Notes under the pieces: model-generated
Told to the model about the DNA's origin: nothing
The model's input: the letters and a program-made list of their open reading frames with translations, nothing else
Database searches by the model: none
NCBI GenBank assembly: GCA_000004695.1
Contig: CM000155.2
Coordinates: 2,208,001 to 2,272,000, forward strand
DNA length: 64,000 bases
Origin: Dictyostelium discoideum
Lineage: Eukaryota
Reading direction: 5' to 3'
Shown here: piece after piece, positions 63,200-64,000 of the stretch
How positions within the stretch are numbered: the stretch's first letter is position 1
Layout of the letters: each line of letters starts with the position of its first letter
Translations under genes and position numbers: made by a program

Positions 63200-64000
63200 T
63201 TAATCTTTATATTGAATTTCGATTGGATGAGCTTCAGTATTAAAAACATATTTATCTAATGGAACTAAAGATGATGGTTGGAAAGTTAAATAAAGGTATT
63301 TTAGTGTTTCAGCCAAAAAGAAACTTTGTTGAAAATCTTGAAATGCCCAACTATTTGACACATCGTTAAGACCAACATAACCATGTTCAGTTTTACAAAC
63401 GTCAACGATTGCTTGAAATATTTTCCAAGCCATTTCTTGATATTCTGTATTACCAGTTAAACGATATGCAACAAAGATTGATTCGATTGTTTCAGGACGT
63501 AAAATATACGAACTATCAGCTTTATAACCATTGAATCTAATATCACCAGAGTCTGGTTCAATGTAGGCTATTTCTGGTCCAAGACCAGTTGGAGTGATAT
63601 CATAGGTTTTAGCACAAGTTCTAGTTACCTTTTCACCAACCTCCATATAGAGAGCACTCTTTTCATCATCGCCAGTGATATTTGAAGCAGCGGCCAACAT
63701 AAACATACCACCAGCAAAACAAGTAAGATGTTCTTGAGTGTTTGAAACCGAGCCTCCATCTAAATTGGTAATGAAACCATCACCTTTTTTACTTACTTTG
63801 TAGAGATGTTCAATGATTGCATCGGCAGAAAGTTGGAAAAGTTCACTATATCTCTCTTCAATACCATCTTGATAGATCCACATTTTCAAGAGATATTCAT
63901 AGAACGAATCACCCATGGCACCAACGGATATTTTATTATTACAGAATCCTTTGCCATCTTGTGTGATAAAAGTTGGATATAAACCTGGAATCGAAGGTTT
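63200..64000 (-). CDS. glycoside hydrolase family 47 alpha-1,2-mannosidase (ER mannosidase I/EDEM-like), C-terminal part; the 5' end lies beyond the window
   Basis: The frame is open from the window edge: KPSIPGLYPTFITQDGKGFCNNKISVGAMGDSFYEYLLKMWIYQDG… contains the GH47 signature GDSFYEYLLK. Further on, …HLTCFAGGMF…, …RPETIESIF… and …YVGLNDV… are typical of class I mannosidases. The stop is at 63200. Confidence 0.85.
   Translation of the reverse strand, partial: KPSIPGLYPTFITQDGKGFCNNKISVGAMGDSFYEYLLKMWIYQDGIEERYSELFQLSADAIIEHLYKVSKKGDGFITNLDGGSVSNTQEHLTCFAGGMFMLAAASNITGDDEKSALYMEVGEKVTRTCAKTYDITPTGLGPEIAYIEPDSGDIRFNGYKADSSYILRPETIESIFVAYRLTGNTEYQEMAWKIFQAIVDVCKTEHGYVGLNDVSNSWAFQDFQQSFFLAETLKYLYLTFQPSSLVPLDKYVFNTEAHPIEIQYKD

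Overview
The window is extremely AT-rich (about 75-80% A+T). Intergenic regions are almost pure A/T homopolymer and simple repeats. Coding regions carry poly-Asn, poly-Gln and poly-His tracts. Introns are short (about 90-250 bp) and AT-rich, with GTAAGT/GTATGT/GTAAAT donors and (T)n-AG or (A)n-AG acceptors. Together with a DUSE-type (TCCCATAA) upstream element and a cluA gene of exactly 1320 codons, this is typical of social-amoeba nuclear DNA. The most likely source is Dictyostelium discoideum. I found no prokaryotic features such as operons, Shine-Dalgarno spacing or CRISPR arrays.

I could support about 30 protein-coding genes, most of them spliced, with exon coordinates derived by hand from the sequence. 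They are:
- mitochondrial ribosomal protein S9 (mrps9)
- an APC-superfamily transporter
- a PPPDE/DeSI peptidase
- a 2OG-Fe(II) oxygenase plus a decayed tandem copy
- a tandem pair of Dabb (stress-responsive barrel) genes
- ornithine cyclodeaminase/mu-crystallin
- an ELO fatty-acid elongase
- 6-phosphogluconolactonase
- a tandem pair of paralogous PH/GRAM-like genes with CC-xxx C-termini
- a SWIM zinc-finger protein
- a GH3 beta-glucosidase
- dynein light intermediate chain
- cluA
- DPH4
- the ISWI chromatin-remodeling ATPase
- a PA14/psi-family protein
- phosducin-like protein phlp1
- a truncated eIF4A-like pseudo-helicase
- a GH47 mannosidase, partial at the 3' window edge
- a type I membrane protein fragment, partial at the 5' window edge
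- several hypothetical proteins.

Non-coding content is one tRNA-Cys(GCA), two nearly identical U3 snoRNA genes each with a DUSE 63 bp upstream, and a 5'-truncated non-LTR (TRE3-like) retroelement fragment. That fragment sits between 14-bp target-site duplications about 100 bp downstream of the tRNA.

The most unusual structure is a roughly 4.5 kb degenerate tandem array at 51.3-55.8 kb. Each of its roughly 1.4 kb units carries a ubiquitin-like gene on the minus strand. One copy is intact and ends in ...LRLRGG-N. One is a decayed head-to-tail di-ubiquitin-like remnant. One has an internal deletion. The units also contain perfect 14-bp inverted repeats.
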